In this document: in pieces, positions 61,631 through 64,000 of the stretch
Layout of the letters: the number at the start of each line of letters is the position of its first letter
How positions within the stretch are numbered: position 1 is the first letter of the stretch
DNA from: Ardenticatenaceae bacterium
GTDB lineage: Bacteria > Chloroflexota > Anaerolineae > Promineifilales > Promineifilaceae
NCBI GenBank assembly: GCA_020634315.1
Contig: JACKBV010000002.1
Location: 165,286 to 229,285 of the forward strand
Direction of reading: 5' to 3'
DNA length: 64,000 nt
Program-made: the position numbers and the translations under genes
The notes under the pieces: generated by a model
Told to the model about the DNA's origin: nothing
The model's database searches: none
Seen by the model: only the letters and a program-made list of their open reading frames with translations

Positions 61631-63087
61631 ATGGAACAGAAGATGGACCTAACCAACCTTACCTTAACCGAACTTCGCGCCGCCCTACGCCAGGGGGAAA
61701 CCAACAGCGTTGCCGCCACACAAGCCATGCTGGATCGCATTGTTGCCCAAGATAACGAGATTCAAAGTTACCTGACCATCACCGATGAACTGGCACTGGA
61801 ACAGGCCGCCGCCGCCGACCAACGGCTGGCCGCTGGCGATGCGTCGCCATTGCTGGGCGTGCCCATTGCCGTCAAAGACATCATCAGCGTACAAGGCGTT
61901 CCCAATACGGCCGGCAGCAAAATTCTAGAGGGCTTCATTCCCCCTACGACGCGTTTGTTGTGCAAAAACTGAAGGAAGCGGGCGCGGTCATTCTTGGCAA
62001 AACGAACACCGATGAATTTGCCATGGGGTCATCGACAGAAAATTCTGCCTACGTCACGACGCGCAATCCCTGGGATTTAGAGCGCGTGCCCGGCGGCAGC
62101 AGTGGGGGCAGCGCCGCCGCCGTCGCCGCCAATATGGCTTATGCCGCTTTGGGCACCGATACCGGTGGCAGTGTACGGCAGCCCGCCTCGTTTTGTGGCG
62201 TAGTGGGCTTGCGTCCCACATACGGCCGTATCTCTCGTTGGGGTGTGGTTGCCTTTGCTTCGTCATTGGATCAGGTGGGCACATTCGGCCGTACCGTCGC
62301 CGACACCACCGCCCTTTTCCAGGCCATCGCCGGATATGATCGCCGCGACAGCACCTCGCTGGATGTGCCTGTGCCCGATTATGAAGCCGCCTTGACGGGC
62401 GACATCAAAGGGTTGAAGGTGGGTGTGCCTGCCGAATATTTTATTGAAGGGATTGAGCCGGATGTGGAAACGGCCGTACGCGCCGCCATCGCCAAACTGG
62501 AAGAGTTAGGCGCAGAAATCCACGAAATCAACCTGCCACATACGCGTTATGCCCTGCCCGTCTACTACCTCATCGCGCCTGCCGAAGCAAGCGCCAACCT
62601 GGGGCGTTACGATGGCATCCGCTACGGGCCGCGCCTGCCCGGCAGCGACATGATTGACACGGTGAAAAAGACGCGCTCCCTCTTTGGCCCGGAAGTGAAG
62701 CGGCGCATTATGCTGGGGACTTATGCACTCAGTGCCGGGTATTATGATGAATATTACGGCCGTGCCCTCAAAGTGCGCACCCTCATCAAGCAAGACTTCC
62801 AAACCGCCTTTGCGCAAGTCGATGTGATCGCCTGTCCCACCAGCCCCACCACCGCCTTCAAAATTGGCGACCGCACCGACGACCCGTTGAGCATGTACCT
62901 GGCCGACATTTTTACGCTGCCGCTCAACCTCAGCGCAAGCTGCGGCCTGAATGTGCCTTGTGGCTTTGACAGCAAGGGTTTGCCAATTGGCTTGCAGCTT
63001 ATCGGCAACACGCTGCAAGAGGCAATGATTTTGAACACGGCTTATGCGTATGAGCAGGCGATGGATTGGGGTGGGAAACGGCCGTAA
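61631..63087 (+). pseudogene. gatA: Glu-tRNA(Gln) amidotransferase subunit A interrupted by a -1 frameshift in a C5 homopolymer (61940-61944). Alternatively a homopolymer sequencing error.
   Basis: The two ORFs (61631-61972 and 61960-63087) join into a colinear amidase-signature GatA (... [11 protein letters not shown] / [21 protein letters not shown] ... [13 protein letters not shown] ...) if one C is added. The gene reads IPPYDAF only with 6 C. Confidence 0.8.
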
Positions 63088-63118
63088 TCCAACCAAAAAA
63101 TCCTAAACTCGTGTCAAC

Positions 63119-63463
63119 ATGGAAGAGATAAACCAAATTGCAAATGGTGTAGAAACAAACCAAGAAGAACCAGAACCCATCACCTTGTTCGCTATTGCCG
63201 GTTTTTGGCGGCGGCTAATTGCTTTCATAGTAGATGGATTTAATCAGCATCCCTTTACTTATCGTCGCCATGATGTTCAAAAATTAGCTTTTCATCTTGG
63301 CCCATATGGCAGGATATTTGGCAATGCAATTGTTATCGCTTACTGCAACTTTATCACTCTTACCGCCATAATGGGCAAACACTTGGTAAAAGATGGCTTA
63401 AAATCGCATGTCGTAGATCATCAGGGAAAAGTTGACTTTCCGTATCGTTTTGGCGTGCCTTGA
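63119..63463 (+). CDS. Possible small RDD-family membrane protein in the low-GC terminal segment
   Basis: AGFWRRLIAFIVDG resembles the RDD-domain start. GC drops to about 42% from about 63090 onward. Weak support. Confidence 0.3.
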   Translation: MEEINQIANGVETNQEEPEPITLFAIAGFWRRLIAFIVDGFNQHPFTYRRHDVQKLAFHLGPYGRIFGNAIVIAYCNFITLTAIMGKHLVKDGLKSHVVDHQGKVDFPYRFGVP

Positions 63464-64000
63464 TACTCGCCCCTGATTATGGCACTTTGGATGGGCATTA
63501 CCATTTCTACAAAATCCTATTATGGCCTTCATCACAACAATCAGTTTGGCGGCGGTTTTTTGCTTTTCTATAACCTCGTATTCAACCGCACAACCCGAAG
63601 GCACGCATGAATTTCCTCGTAGGAACCTACGTCGTCCATCAACCATCGCCCAATTCCGAAGCAATACTGCCAACGATGCCCAAAATACATTGACATGGTA
63701 ACATATGGAATCATCGGTCTAAATTATTGCTAGCAATTGGAGGTTTGTATTTTCAAATGCGTCCTCCCACTTCTAGCATTATTACAAGCAGTGTTGGTTC
63801 AGGAGATACAAAATTTTCAAGCAAATTTAGAGCAAAAAGAAGGTGTATTTTCAGCAGAGGTGAAGCGAGTGAATTTCACATCGTTCAACACAGGTAACAC
63901 ATTCAAAGATTTGAATATTGAAGTCTGGATCAATACTCCTTGCAGCCATAACCGGACATATTGTGACGATTAGTTGACGAAATTGCTATAACATGGTCTT

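Noticed and set aside
1-64000. Insertion sequences, integrases or phage genes
   Set aside because: No transposase, recombinase or phage structural motifs (DDE, Tyr-recombinase RHRY) were recognised in any frame.

Overview
The window is a 64-kb, high-GC (about 58%) bacterial chromosomal segment. Gene content looks Chloroflexi- or Actinobacteria-like (F420-type LLM oxidoreductase, three orphan histidine kinases, BMP nucleoside ABC transporter). No rRNA, tRNA, CRISPR array or transposase was recognised.

The main protein-level feature is a minus-strand biosynthetic cluster at 34.2-48.5 kb. It reads acyl-CoA dehydrogenase, then an 8-kb PUFA-synthase/PfaA-like type I PKS (KS-AT-KS-ACP-ACP-KR-DH), then an Sfp-type phosphopantetheinyl transferase, then acyl-CoA carboxylase (carboxyltransferase, biotin carboxylase, BCCP). 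Other genes:
- a lipoprotein alpha-2-macroglobulin next to a PBP1C-like transglycosylase/transpeptidase
- pdxS-GNAT-pdxT
- family-4 uracil-DNA glycosylase
- a flotillin-like SPFH protein
- a BMP-family nucleoside ABC transporter
- def-gatC, and gatA interrupted by a frameshift
- two cNMP-binding proteins
- an S8 protease with an odd C-terminal repeat

At the DNA level, the 8-bp palindrome ACGGCCGT (often AACGGCCGTT or GAAACGGCCGTTTC) occurs roughly 100 times, mostly inside genes in all frames (ETAV, NGR, RP). This is a highly-iterated-palindrome (HIP)-like genome signature. Arrays of CGGTRRN heptamer repeats fill the space between gene ends. The final ~900 bp has lower GC and lacks the palindrome.
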